Below are positions 1 through 12,377 of a stretch of DNA of 64,000 nt, in pieces. The notes beneath the pieces are model-generated. The model did not search any database and was not told the origin of the DNA. It worked only from the letters and a program-made list of their open reading frames with translations. The DNA is from Lama glama (Eukaryota). The translations under genes and the position numbers were made by a program. The stretch covers positions 21,640,001-21,704,000 of the forward strand of contig CM052818.1 in NCBI GenBank assembly GCA_028534125.1, in the 5' to 3' direction. Position 1 is the stretch's first letter; each line of letters begins with the position of its first letter.

Positions 1-1360
1 TGAACTTATAAGGATAACAGCTACTGCTTTTGATTGCAGCTAAATTCTCATAAATGATCATCTCCATTTTTTAAAACTATGACTTTGCTTTGTCTTAACA
101 GAGACAACCAAATCTCAATTAATTCTGTGTTACATTTTGACTGATTATTATATCTTAATATGAAAGGCAAGATATGACAGTAACAGTGGAACATATTTTA
201 TCACTTGGAAAGAATAAGGACCTCCAGGAAATAAAAATCTTTTGTTTGTTTTTGAGTTACAAAATGAGAACTAGGGTAATGATTTTTCTAATCACTAATG
301 TATCAGAAACTAAAACTATTCTAATTCAACACTGTGTCTAGCATAATACGTGTATGTTATGAAAAACAACTATTCTATTTCAAATCTCTATTTCAACAAA
401 AGAATACCACCCATGGTCCTCTCTCTAGGAACTAAATGTGTTTCTTTTGCTACAATAAAATTATCTTTTCATTAACACACATAAGATTCCAGCAGATGTA
501 GAGAGTTTACATCCCTTCTGCCTTTAACTTATTTTATTTAAATGGGAAATAAATTTTAAAATTTGAGTCACAAACAATACCACCTTAGCCTCTAACTTTC
601 ATTTTCTCAGATGAACACTTGCAAAGAATGTTCAGAACCACTTCCTCAAATCCTTTGATTGGGTACTTCCTGCAAGACTTCAACAGGTCAGAGAGCACAG
701 GGATTGAAAAGCAGTAGGTAAAGCACATTTTTAATGCTCAAATAATCGTTTATAAATTAAAGACTTAAGTGGGAGAAAACTCCCTAAATCACAAAGCTAT
801 TATTTAAATAATTGTTAACAAGTAGAACTAAAGCTAGAACACTGTGATTTTGTTTTATTGAAATATTTTTCATACCCTAAATTATTCTGGGTTCCACCTA
901 GAAATAGTGAACTGAGCTTTTTATTCCTCTCTTCTCAAATGATAAAAAGTGTATGCTAATCAAAAGTAAATAAGCTTTTCAATATTTATTCGCCAAAGTT
1001 GAAAATAACTTTAATTTCAATATTTGGTTTTGAAACTACACATGAACATGCATGGGTAAAAGTGTATCTTAGAAATATGTTAGTGTATACAAGATATTCT
1101 TAATCACCATAAACTATGTTTAAGCAAGTTTGGAATGCTTCATACCACCTTTTAACATTTTTATTTGTTGATGAACCAACAATGTTTGGCATAATTAACG
1201 CTAAGATCTCCAAAACTCAATGACTGAAAATAATTGCTTCTCTTTTCTTTCCTGAGTACTCTGAAGCCCAACCTAAAGATTTAGAGCTGACTGGACAAAT
1301 ATAAAGGATGTCAAAAACAGTGACCGCTGACATGCCATTCAAGGCACATGGAAGAGAGTT

Positions 1361-1636
1361 CAGGCTTGAATGCCTCTAAACTGCTCATTGGTAAGATCAG
1401 CTATCAGTGAGACGCAGTGTAAGTCAGCATTATTCACTGAGCCTGCTATGACCTTAAAATCATTGCTCCTGGGGCATGTTCATCCACCAATTAGTTTATA
1501 TGCTCACTGGAAATCCACTGCTCAGTAAATGCACTGGTCTCTCATTCCACAGTGTTGATGAAGTGTGTGTGATGGCTTTCTCTTCACAACTTGACCCCGA
1601 AAGCTGACCCATCTCAAGCTGAAGCATTCAAGTCAT
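1361..1636. mobile_element. Ancient non-autonomous DNA transposon (hAT-like MITE), family not identified
   Basis: Left end CAGGCTTGAATGCCTC and right end GAAGCATTCAAGTCAT are a 12/16 inverted match; internal repeated GCTCACTGG/CACTGAGC-like motifs; no TSD seen. Confidence 0.45.
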
Positions 1637-2381
1637 TTGAGCACCCTTTAGTTATCAAGGATTTTGATACTTTTCTTAAAAACTACCATCGATTTGACAA
1701 ACACAAATGTTATGGTGACTATGGGATGACATATGTAAAATCAAGTAAAAATGAGGACTGAATTTTCCCATTTTATTCATAGAAGTGTTATGTCAGATAT
1801 TTGTTAGTACTGTTAAAAGAAAAAATTTCCTTGCTGTTTTTAAACCATTATTATTAGCACAAATATGCCAATCCTCTTTTCTGAAATTTTGAAAATTTTC
1901 TACTTTGGGTCAGAGTCGAGTCCAATGAGTAAATGAAGGCATATTTGGAAAATAATTTCAAGATAACATAATATGACATGATAAAAGGTTGGATCTAGAA
2001 ATAAGAAAAAAGAAAAAAGATGCCCAAGCTTTCTGAATTTTGAGGTATTAAAACTGAAGGTAAAGCAAAAATTCAATATTGAGAAGAGAACCAGTGGCGG
2101 GTTATATAAAAATGTCCTGGACATACCGCAAACAGTTAAAAGCTGAGGGCTGGGAAGGATAACAGCACAGAGACTGTTAGTTGAAATAACATGCCTGGGT
2201 TTATTTTCAATCTGAGGCTAGAGCTCAGGGACAAAACTGTCCTGATTCTTCCTCGTCAGGTTTTCACAGGAGGAGAAAATGTTCCCCTACTCTTTCCACA
2301 AAGGAAGAAGGAAACTAAGTGGTCAGTCTGGAACTCATTTTCAATCTGCTTTTTGGAAAATGATCCATTTGAGGTGTTCTG

Positions 2382-2835
2382 TTTTTTTTTTTCTTCAGAC
2401 AACTTTATTAAGATATAATTTACATGCATGAAAGTTCACCCATTCAAAGCACGCAACTCAATGGTTTTTCATATATTAAGAGTTATATAACCATCACCAC
2501 AATCAATTTTAGGATATTTTTATCACCCCAAAAAGAAACTCCATATCATTTGGCACGCACTCCCTAGTCCCTTGCCAGAGGCAACTACTAATCTATTTTC
2601 TGTCTCTATGGATTTGCCTGTTCTGGATAGTTCATATAAATGGTATCATCAAATATATGGGCTTTTGTGACTGGCTTCTTACACTTAGCTTACTGTTTTT
2701 GAGGTTCATCCAGTTCATAGCAGGTATCAGTAAGTCATTCATTTTTACTGCTGAAAAATATTCCATTGAATAAATGTACTGCATTTTGTTTATCCATTTA
2801 TGATGGAGTTTTATAGCAATATAAAATAATGCTGG
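2382..2835 (-). mobile_element. Old L1 3' end (L1MB-like)
   Basis: Poly-T then actttattaagatataatttac...ccatcaccacaatc...ctatggatttgcctgttctgga...gactggcttcttacacttagc, typical reverse-strand L1M 3' UTR. Confidence 0.85.
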
Positions 2836-3029
2836 AGAACAGTAGTTTATAGCATATGCTTATATGTAACAATTAGTGGGAAATCTCTTTATAGATGTGA
2901 ATTACATGTTAACATTAGTTATATGTGCATTCTCAGCTGGGTGAGCTTGATTGACTTACAGAATTAGTAACACTGATTTATAAGATACAATACATAAAAT
3001 TGCTAAACTCCAATAACACCAAGAATTAA

Positions 3030-3380
3030 TACTTCTGAAATGTTCGTGAAAATATTCACAGAGCAATACTTAACCAGTTCAAGTGAGTATATAGCCCAAG
3101 GAAATTCTCACACAGCACCACTTACTGTGGTAGAGAATTGAAGGTAATCTAGGGGAGTGGACAGGCAAAGCGTGGTGGATGTTTATGAAACACTATGTAT
3201 TCACCAGATGCAACAAAAACTGGGTGAACACGCAGCAATGTGGATAAATCTTGTAATATAACAATAAATTTTAAAAATCAAGAAAAAATACAACCTCTAA
3301 CATAATGCCATTATATAAATTCAAAATACATATCCCAAACAACAGTACATATTTTATAAGAATACACTAAACAAACAAAT
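3030..3380 (+). mobile_element. Degraded L1ME/L1MC-type 3' fragment
   Basis: gaaattctcacacag..., caatgtggataaatctt..., ataatgccattatataaatt resemble an old L1 3' UTR. Confidence 0.45.
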
Positions 3381-3482
3381 AACATGAATAAAAAAAGAAA
3401 GTGGCCATGCAGGAACCAATGATGATAGTGTGTGTGCCACAAACTGAAAACTAAAATACTCAACACTCTCTATGTAAGGTCA

Positions 3483-3822
3483 CGGTAGATGGGTTTTTGT
3501 ATTATTTTTCAAAAATATTTGCTGCCCCTGCCTTGAAAAGGATTATACTTTTCCTCCCTATTGGCAAGGGAGGCTTTGCCATGTAACTTGCTCTGGTGAG
3601 ACCTAGTATGTACATGTTTCACTGTCTTTTTTCTGTCTCCTACAATTGCTCCAGAATTTGTTTTATCATCTTGGGCCCTAGACTGAGGATAACAAGGAAC
3701 AGAGCCACAATAAACCCAAGATAAACATGCAACATAAAAAAAACTTTGGTGTTATGAACCACTGAAGTTAAGGGGGTGGGCTGGTTGTTATTGAGCATAA
3801 CTTATCCCATTATGACTGATAT
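3483..3822 (+). mobile_element. MaLR solo LTR (MLT1I/J-like)
   Basis: gccatgtaacttgctctgg; 3' end tgttatgaaccactgaag...gttgttattgagcataac...tgactgatata. Confidence 0.75.
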
Positions 3823-4029
3823 ATTCACATACATCTACATGACAATTAAATCTCTTCCCAGTTTACTTTTCTGAAACTACTGTATGGCACTAACGTTATG
3901 GATATAGGGGCAGTGGGGTAGAAAATACAGCTCTTACCTTTAGAGGTATTATAAAAGAGACACATAAAGCAAGAGGAGAATAAAAGGGATCAATTATTCT
4001 AGTGGAAAGCACACTCGATGATGAGTTGT

Positions 4030-4170
4030 AAAATGTGGGTTTTAAACCTGCTCTTCCTACTTATTAGTCAAATGCCCTAAGCCAAATCTCTTAACCACTT
4101 TGAATCTCAGTTTCCTTACCTGAAAACTAAGGAAAGAGAGTGTACTCAAACATTTTTTCCGATTCTGAGG
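4030..4170 (+). mobile_element. MIR SINE fragment
   Basis: Core acttattag...cttaaccactttgaatctcagtttccttacctgaaaa. Confidence 0.7.
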
Positions 4171-5705
4171 TTCCACGTTTCTATAACAAAGTAGTGTTAG
4201 ATAGGTCACATGTGCACTACATAAAAACAGAACTTCAAAAAAGGTGAATAAAAATTGTTTACTCTTGATTTAAATGGTTGAATGTACCAAAATTTTTTAC
4301 TTGTCAGAATATGACATCAGAGAAAGAAACCCTGGGTAATCAAGTATAGGCTGTCTTCATAAACACTAAAATGAAAAAGGAATAAACATAAGCCCAGATG
4401 TAGGAATCAACAGTACATAGGACAACGAAGGTAAAGACACAGGTGTGGACCCAATTCCTTGTGGTTATAATGAGGAATGACAGAAGATAAACATTAGAGC
4501 AAAGACTGTGATTGATAAAAGGCCTTAGTCTGGACAAAGACGTGTGGATTTGCTACCACCAGTCCCTGGCAGCACACAGGGTATGCAAGTGGTAGAAGAC
4601 AGAGGTGGAAGAAAGCCACTGCGTTATAAATTTTAGTTGCTGAAATAAATGAGAACACAGGGAAAGAACAAATCCAGAAGATGCTGAGAATGAATAATCA
4701 ACATCACTGAACCTGACAAATAACTGACATTCAATAAATACCTGCTGACTGGATACAGATCCTGTAACCTTTCAACTAAGAAATTTTACTTCCCCTAGTA
4801 GTTCCAAACTAAACACAATACCAACTTACTGATGAATCATATTACCAACATCTTCTCTCTTCTGGTAAACATCACCTCCTATGAGATAAAGATCCCAAAT
4901 AAGCTGTTTCAGGCTTCACCATAAGGCAAAGAACAGGGTGTGCTGAGGAACAAGCTGCTTTATTTCAGTCAAGGCCTCAGCTGCTCCATTATGTTCCCTG
5001 AGCGATGTCCCACACCATCCTCAACCCTAGCTATAATGCTAGTTACCTGCCATGCTTGGCAGCCTCTTGATAATTTTTACACATTTAGCTATCTGTATAT
5101 ATGGGAGAAGCATTGCTTAAAGGAAGAGAAATCTATACATATTAAGCTCTTATTCATAGTTCAGCAAATGAATTCTTGCCTCAAAGCTACATATAATAAT
5201 GGATATTCTGTTATCAATTCTTTCTTTAATCTCTTTATCATCATCCAAGGTTCTCTTGCTTTGAGGTTAGTCATGTCTCCTCTTCATAAAATGGTGTGTC
5301 CTTCCCAGCCTCTAGCCATTATTGATTCCTCTATTCGTAATAAATGCAGTCTCTGTTTGGTAGATTTTACTCTGGATGATAATCAATTTGGCACTTAATT
5401 TTGTATTATCCTGCACTATTTTTTGTCTGTTTATTTATTTTAGGTCAAATTGTGAGAGTACGCAATGGCTATCTGGTCAGATGGAGAAGAAGGATATCTT
5501 TCTCAGAGAGGTAAAAGTTCTATAAGAGAAAGCAAGTTATAGGAGAGAGAACTTAAAGTATCCTAACACTTCAAAAGTAGAGAAATCAATGACTATTAAT
5601 ATGGGCTTAATTCTAATCAACATCTTGAAGTTCATAATGGTGTTTGGCTTATAATAGTGGTCAAAACATTTTAGCATCACCTTCTTGGGGTAGATTATAT
5701 TTTAA

Positions 5706-5707
<2 letters not shown>

Positions 5708-5749
<42 letters not shown>
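5708..5749 (+). repeat. (TTA)14 microsatellite
   Basis: Perfect trinucleotide run counted directly. Confidence 0.95.
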
Positions 5750-5750
<1 letters not shown>

Positions 5751-5781
5751 CATTAGGCAATAAAACATAGTGGTTAAAAGA

Positions 5782-5964
5782 TCCTCCAAGTCAAACCTTC
5801 AGAGATGATTGCAGGCCCACTGACTGCAACCTCATGAGAGACCCTAAGCCAAATGCCTCTCTTGAGTTGCTGACCGCAAAAACTGTGAGACAATAAATGT
5901 TTACTGTTATTTTAAGCCACTAAGTTTTGGAGTAATTTGTTATGCAGTATCAGCTGACTAATAT
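5782..5964 (+). mobile_element. MaLR LTR 3' half (MLT1E/F-like)
   Basis: caaaccttcagagatga...ctcatgagagaccctaagcc...aactgtgagacaataaatg...ttttaagccactaagttttggagtaatttgttatgcag...ctaatata. Confidence 0.85.
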
Positions 5965-5974
5965 ACTCCACCCA

Positions 5975-6135
5975 GCAATTTCTCCCTACATTTTATTGAC
6001 CAGAGTGTGTCACAAGGCCACCCACAAGCTCCAAGGGTGTCCAGATAGTATTTTGACTGGGCACATTCTTAACCTAAACACAACCTGAGTTCTGGTTCTG
6101 TTATTAAGGAAGAAGAGAGAGGAAATGGACATCAA
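5975..6135 (-). mobile_element. MaLR LTR fragment (MLT1K/L-like)
   Basis: ttattgaccagagtgtgtcacaaggccaccc...gggcacatt...gttctgttattaaggaagaag...aatggacat. Confidence 0.65.
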
Positions 6136-6144
6136 ATACAGCTA

Positions 6145-6772
6145 CTTCAGTTCTCACCTTCAACTTCAATCCAGTCTTCCCTGGGAAGAAAAATGGTCTT
6201 CAGAAAGGAAGAAAAAGATAAAGCAACAATAAAGAAGAAAATCCTACAATAAGTAAGGAAATCATAGAGGATCTAGAAGCTGCTTTTAAGAAGGACAATC
6301 TACATTCCACCATGCTAACTAAAATTAAAACTTGTATCTGTAATTTTCTGTCAGTAATCACACTGAGGAATCATGACAAATGGAAAAAAAAAAGAAAGAA
6401 AGAAAGAAAAAGAAATACAGGTATGGAAATGCTGTTGGGATTTTTAGTAAAAGATAAATAGGTATATATAAGAAACCTGAAAAACAGCTTAACACTCATG
6501 ATAAAATTCTGAAACAGATTATTAACTAGGTGGTTTATACGTGTTAAGAGAATAACACATTGTTCAAGAGCAGATAACAAACACGTGCCAAGAACATGCG
6601 TGGGAAGTGTCAGAAGTTCTTTCTTGCCCCTAACCTTGCCCTTGACTTCTCAATATTTTTAACAGTGACTTAAGACATAAAAAGGGATGCCTATCAAATG
6701 CTCATGTGACACATCTGGGGATGATACGTATAATAACAGAATCAAAATTTTAAACGATCTTGACAGCTTACA
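6145..6772 (+). mobile_element. CR1/L3 LINE ORF2 (RT) remnant
   Basis: caatatttttaacagtgacttaagacataaaagggatgcctatcaaatgctcatgtgacaca...acagaatcaaaattttaaacgatcttgacagct is a decayed L3 'NIFINDL...LIKFADDTKLGG...DRIQKDLDRL' segment. Confidence 0.65.
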
Positions 6773-6834
6773 ATACTGTCATTCATACATCTGACAATTC
6801 TAAGAAATTACTTCATGGATTTAATTTTCATCTC

Positions 6835-6960
6835 CTCAAAAAAGATACTAAATTCATCAAGGCAGGACTGAATCACACACTTTTTCAAAACCTCCTGTAG
6901 TATCCAACATAAGTGTTGGGAACATAGAAGGTATTTCATTAATATTTAGAGAACTGAGTT
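6835..6960 (+). mobile_element. L2 3' end fragment
   Basis: taaattcatcaaggcaggact...aacatagaaggtatttcattaatattt. Confidence 0.55.
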
Positions 6961-8185
6961 GAGCTGTATCAAGTACAAATGTAGAAAAGTTTAGAATAAA
7001 TCTGTCACCTATGCAACATAATATCCTCTTTTTTTTCCTTCAGGCCATATTATTTATGTTTCAAAGACCTCTTCAAAATTGAATTTTTCCAGCATATCCT
7101 TCCTGAACTGCCTTCAGTCCTTTAAAGAAAGACTGTGATGGATAAAACTACTTAAAAGCCTTTGCAATTTTTTTGTTTATTTATTTTTATTTCAGTATTA
7201 TGCTCAGTCTGTGCCATTAGACTTTAAGCTCACAAGGCAGCTTCAATAGTGTTTTAAAGCTTTTCCCATACATGTGAAGTGAGAATAGATGCACACCCCC
7301 TCTGCAGAGCTGCACAACATAACATTTTCTTGTTACAATTCAATACCATTGCAGCAAGATAAGCACACCCCATAGTCTAATTTAACAGACATGAAGAAGT
7401 CAAGCTCTATTGTTCAATGTCACAGCCAGCCAGCCCTGCATGATCAACCTTTATTCTTTTCTGGCTTCATTATGAGGATGATGCCTTTCAACTGTAGTGA
7501 CTGAACCTGTTAAACTACAAAGCCAGAAATTTATAGAACCTTTATAAGAGTAATACTGAACAGCTTAAATGTAAAACCTACAATTAAATTCCAAAACTAA
7601 GCACTTCACCCGCAAGAAAATGCTAAGTAGTTCTTCAGCAACATTCCTGATTTACATACCCCAAAGATGACAGGACCTATATACATACATGCTGCAGTGA
7701 TATTAATAGCAATTTTCTCAAGTAATGTTCACTATAAAACATGGTAATATTAACCCATGCATTACAAAACTAATAAATTGCCCCTTGGCATACCAAGGAC
7801 AGAAATATGCTTTTTCATTTTTAAAAAGCCTCCTTTTGTCATATGAAAAAGCCCCAAGAGTAAAATATTTCGGTATAGTTCAGTGATAACAATGGATATG
7901 CCATTAGATTACCATACAAGTGAATAAAGCACCAAATGATAACGAACATTTTTTCACACTTTAGATTTTGATGTGAAATGAGTCTAATTATTTATTCATA
8001 GACTTTTCCTCTAAGGAGTTCAAGGCACTATATTTTAAGTCTTTAAACACATATTTCCTAAGCTCTAAGATCTACCAGGTGGGACAGAAGAACACGTGAC
8101 AAGGAAGAAGATAAAGACAAGTAGCACAAAAGAAAAGGCCGTTGGAAGAACTTAACCACGTATCAAACGTGAGGTGGTATGTTTT

Positions 8186-8570
8186 ATTCACTCATTTATT
8201 CTTTCAGTCAAGAACCTATTGTAAGTCTAGGTCTGTGCTAGATGTTAAGGATATAAAAGCAACCCCTGCTTCAGAAACTCACCACACAGAGAGATGACAT
8301 ATAGAGTGATAAATACAGTATGTGCCAAGTGCTGTAACAGAAGAATAAACTACTGTGGGAACATAAGGAAAGAAGCCCTGGCCTAACGGAATCTGGGAAG
8401 GCTGTAATAAGAAGGCAGCATTTCAGTTGTATCTAAAAAACTAGCAAAAGTCTAACAGAGAACTGAGGAAAATCCTCATGGCAGAGATACAGAAAAAACA
8501 TTATACTGAAATGCAAGTTGTAGCAAAAAAGTTTGACCTACTCAGGAAGTGCTGAGAAATACATGGCTTA
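8186..8570 (-). mobile_element. L2 3' region
   Basis: attcactcatttattc...ctgtgctagatgttaaggatat...cccctgcttcagaaactcac...ggaatctgggaaggct. Confidence 0.65.
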
Positions 8571-8761
8571 GAGGCAACAGATGACACTTAGTACTTAGAA
8601 ATCATAGGTTTCAAGTTTGTTCCGTGAATAGACTCTAAGGGCGCCATATCATGAAAACCTTGGCACTAGACTAATCAAAGAAATATGAACAGATATGAAC
8701 AATAAATATACTTACAAACTATGTATATTTATATATATATACACTACATAAATATATAGTT

Positions 8762-9197
8762 ATTTGGAGATTGTCATTCTAAGTGAAGTAAGCCAGAAAG
8801 AGAAAAAAAATACCGTATGATATCACTCACATGTGGAATCTAAAAAAAAAAAAAAAGAAAGAAAAAAAGGACAACACTAATGAACTCATCTACTAAAACA
8901 GAAACAGACTCACAGACACAGTAAACAATCTTATGGTTACTGGGGGAAGGGAGTGGGAAGAGATAAATTTGGGAGTTTGAGATTTGCAAATATTAACCAC
9001 TATATATAAAACTAGATAAAAAAACAAATTTCTTCTGTATAGCACAGGGAACTATATCGAGTATCTTGTAATAACTTTTAATGAAAAAGAGTATGAAAAT
9101 AAATATAAATGTATATATATGCATGACTGAGACATTATGCTATACACCAGAAATTGACACATTGTAACTATGCTTTAATTTAAAAAGAATTAATTAC
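8762..9197 (+). mobile_element. 5'-truncated camelid/artiodactyl-type L1 3' end
   Basis: gagattgtcattctaagtgaagtaagccagaaag...acagaaacagactcacagac...tatagcacagggaactat...; near-TSD aaatatatagtt (8750-8761) / aaatatgtagtt (9198-9209). Confidence 0.92.
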
Positions 9198-9692
9198 AAA
9201 TATGTAGTTTTGTTATATGTATTTATGTTTATGTATATTTATTATATATTTTTATATACATAATAAGTTATAATAGTTATACTATAAATATATGTACCAA
9301 AAGCATATTTACATACACACACACAGCTCTTTGGGAAACTATAACCAATGCTATTGGGCTTCCGACCGGCCATCTACTAGGGTGACTGATGCTTTTGCAA
9401 GATAGTTGCAAAAGCTGAGTCACACACATCTCCCTCATTCACCTCCTCTACACAGTTCCTACTTCTCTTAGACTGAAGTCTCTCAAGGGAAGATGAATAT
9501 TTCAGGCCAACTCTGCTGATGTTTTTTATCCCCAGGCTGCTACCAGTATGTCCATTCAGCAGTGAGGGTGCTATAAAATGTGTACTGTGAAAAAGAGGAA
9601 CTAGTAGTCTGCCATATCAAAAATATAGGAACAAAATACTAAGCTCTCAAATATCAAGGGGGTAAATTTTTTTTAAATAAAATTAAACACTT

Positions 9693-10370
9693 GGCATATA
9701 TCCAGAAGGAACCCTACTTCAAAATGACACCTGCACCCCAATGTTCATAGCAGCACTATTTACAATAGCCAAGACATGGAAACAACCTAAATGTCCATCA
9801 ACAGATGACTGGATAAAGAAGATGTGGTATATTTATATGATGGAATACTATTCAGCCACAAAACCCGACAACATAACACCATTTGCAACAACATGGATGT
9901 TCCTGGAGAGTGTCGTTCTGGGTGGAGTAAGCCCGAAAGAGAAAGAAAAATACCATGTGAGATCACTTATACGTGAAATCTAAAAAAAAAAAAAGAGCAG
10001 AAATACAAAACAGAAACAGACTCATAGACATGGAATACNNNNNNNNNNNNNNNNNNNNNNNNNNNNNNNNNNNNNNNNNNNNNNNNNNNNNNNNNNNNNN
10101 NNNNNNNNNNNNNNNNNNNNNNNNNNNNNNNNNNNNNNGCCAAGGGGGGGGTGGGAAGGGACAGACTGGGACTTTAAAATGTAGAATAGATAAACAAGAT
10201 TATAATGTATAGCACAGGGAAATATATACAAGATCTTGTGGTAGCTCACAGAGAAAAAAAAATGTGACAATGAATGTATGTATGTTTATGTATGACTGAA
10301 AAATTGTGCTCTACACTGGAACTTGACACAACATTGTAAAATGACTATTACTCAATAAAAAAAGTTTAAA
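9693..10370 (+). mobile_element. Young 5'-truncated camelid L1 (L1_Vpa-like) with 14-bp TSD; contains an assembly gap
   Basis: ORF2 C-terminal peptide MFIAALFTIAKTWKQPKCPSTDDWIKKMWYIY...; perfect TSD aaaattaaacactt at 9679-9692 and 10371-10384. Confidence 0.95.
10039..10138. other. Assembly gap (100 N)
   Basis: Run of exactly 100 N. Confidence 0.99.
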
Positions 10371-10690
10371 AAAATTAAACACTTAAGGATGAAATTAAAG
10401 TAGTATGTTATAAATTCTGTAACTGTCAAAACCTACTTATAATCTTTCGTTTTTGCTGTGATAAAATGTATAGTTTCAAAACATTGAATCTTTCAGATAT
10501 CTAAAAATCATGAAAAATATTAAAACTTTATTTTGATTTTTTTAATGAAAACCTAAGATGTCATGCTTTCATGCCCTCTTACATAGGGTATTAGCGAACC
10601 CAATCTGTCCATTTTCTTGATGTTGAAAGTCATTGTCATAAATTATCTTATTGTTGACAATAATTACACAGTCCTGGCACTGTCCTAAAT

Positions 10691-10900
10691 CAGAGATTAG
10701 CAAACTAAGAACTTTTGGTCAAATCTGGCCCTCAGCCTGTTTTTATATGGCCCTTGAGCTTTAGAATGGTTTTTACATTTTTAAAGGTTTGTTAAAAAAA
10801 GTAAAAACAAGAATATGTAATAAAGACAACATATGTGTGGTCTTCAACGCCTAAAATATTTACTATCCAATCCTTTACAGAAAAAGTTTGTCAACCCCTG
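10691..10900 (+). mobile_element. MER58A-like hAT-Charlie DNA transposon
   Basis: Termini cagagattagcaaact ... agtttgtcaacccctg; internal aaatctggccc...agaatggtttttacatttttaaa...cctaaaatatttactatc...cctttacagaaaaagtttg. Confidence 0.88.
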
Positions 10901-10944
10901 TGTGAGTTAATATGTTCTGTTTCTTTCTCTCCCTATGTGAGGAG

Positions 10945-11140
10945 GCAGAGGCTGTAGAGTGAGAGCTGTGTTTGTGTCCTAGATTAACCACTGCATGTTT
11001 TGGGGCACTAACTTAACCTCTCTGAGCCTTTGTTTAAGTGTCTGTAAAATGGGAATAAACAGAACAACTTGACAAAATTTACAGGATAATGAATGAGGTA
11101 CTATAGTAGATATTCAATAAATGAAAGCCATTACTATAAT
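10945..11140 (+). mobile_element. MIR SINE
   Basis: acttaacctctctgagcctttgttt...tctgtaaaatgggaataa...tcaataaatg. Confidence 0.75.
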
Positions 11141-12330
11141 CATGTTTCATTAGAAAAAGACTACCTCCCAACAGAGGGTATACAAGTTTGTAAATGGAAC
11201 AAAGAAGCAGAATTCAGTAAACTTTGTTTTAAATTTTCTTAAAAAGGTTCTTTAGCTATATAAATTAAAACATCATGAACTTTCTTCAACCTTAATATAA
11301 AACATTCTCAGTTCTTCAGTAGTAAATTTGACTAAAAGCTAAAGACATGCCAAATAATAGCCATGACAGTCAAGTAACTTTTGAATTCAGAAACATGGTG
11401 ATTAAGTCACTACTGGAAAGCCAGAAACTATTTTTTGATTCACTTGGATCACCTTTATTTCATTTTACATTTTTTAACATCAAAGCAAAACATGGCATAA
11501 TTTTAGGCACTGAATCATCATCAGACTGAGTTGCAATTAAGGATAAGAACATCATTAAGTTTTAGGTAATGCTTGCAATTGTAAGTAAGCAGTGCCTTTC
11601 TATTCTTCTGGAAAATGTCATTTAGGAGGTTTCAACAATTTTCCTAAATCTAGACTGTAAGTGCCATGCTTGAATTTTTTTTGGATGCATGCCCAACAAT
11701 AAATGATCCACAATGATCTGAGGACAGCACTCCCATCCAAGAACTTAATCAGATTAATGATGTATTTGTTTTATAAAAATGAAGTACATTAAGCCTGAGA
11801 ATACCTAATTTACATACTAAATGGTTGCTAGGGACCAAAAATACTAGTGGTTTTTATAAAACTGAGGTTACAAAATTGTCTATTGTCTTGAAATCTGTTA
11901 GCAAATAGCAATGAAATGCAAAATAATAAACAAATGTTAACCAGTAGTATTCATGTATGTAAATTCATGAGCTGGTGTACAGTTGTTCAAAGGAACCTAA
12001 CGATGCTCATATTCCAAAACATATGTGCCCCCAAAGACCATATGATGCCATTATGTGAAGCTGGAAATAACAACAAACTTACTTATAATGTTTTCTAATT
12101 GATCTGACCTCAAATTGTGATTAACATTCTACTCTAATTTTTTTCATTTGGGGTCCTAGTTTAATATATGCAAACATAAACAGTAAATTAGCAGTCTAGG
12201 TTTCTGCCATTTTTGTTGGAAACCTATTAGCAACCTTTATCTAAAAAGAGGAGAGCTTTCATAAAATAGCTGAATTTCATCAAATCCTTAAGGAGGAGAA
12301 TTAACAGCATCTCTGGATGTCCTCTGATGG

Positions 12331-12366
12331 ATCTCTCTCTCTTTCTCTCTCTCACACACACACACA
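12331..12366 (+). repeat. Compound (TC)n(CA)n microsatellite
   Basis: atctctctctctttctctctctcacacacacacaca. Confidence 0.85.
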
Positions 12367-12377
12367 TACAAGACTAC

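Noticed and set aside
4940..5398. 152-aa ORF on +
   Set aside because: GTG start, no recognisable domain, composition typical of AT-rich intron; likely chance.
9741..9983. ORF MFIAALFTIAKTWKQPKCP... (also 25855-26049, 23129-23377)
   Set aside because: C-terminal L1 ORF2 remnants in 5'-truncated elements, not host genes.
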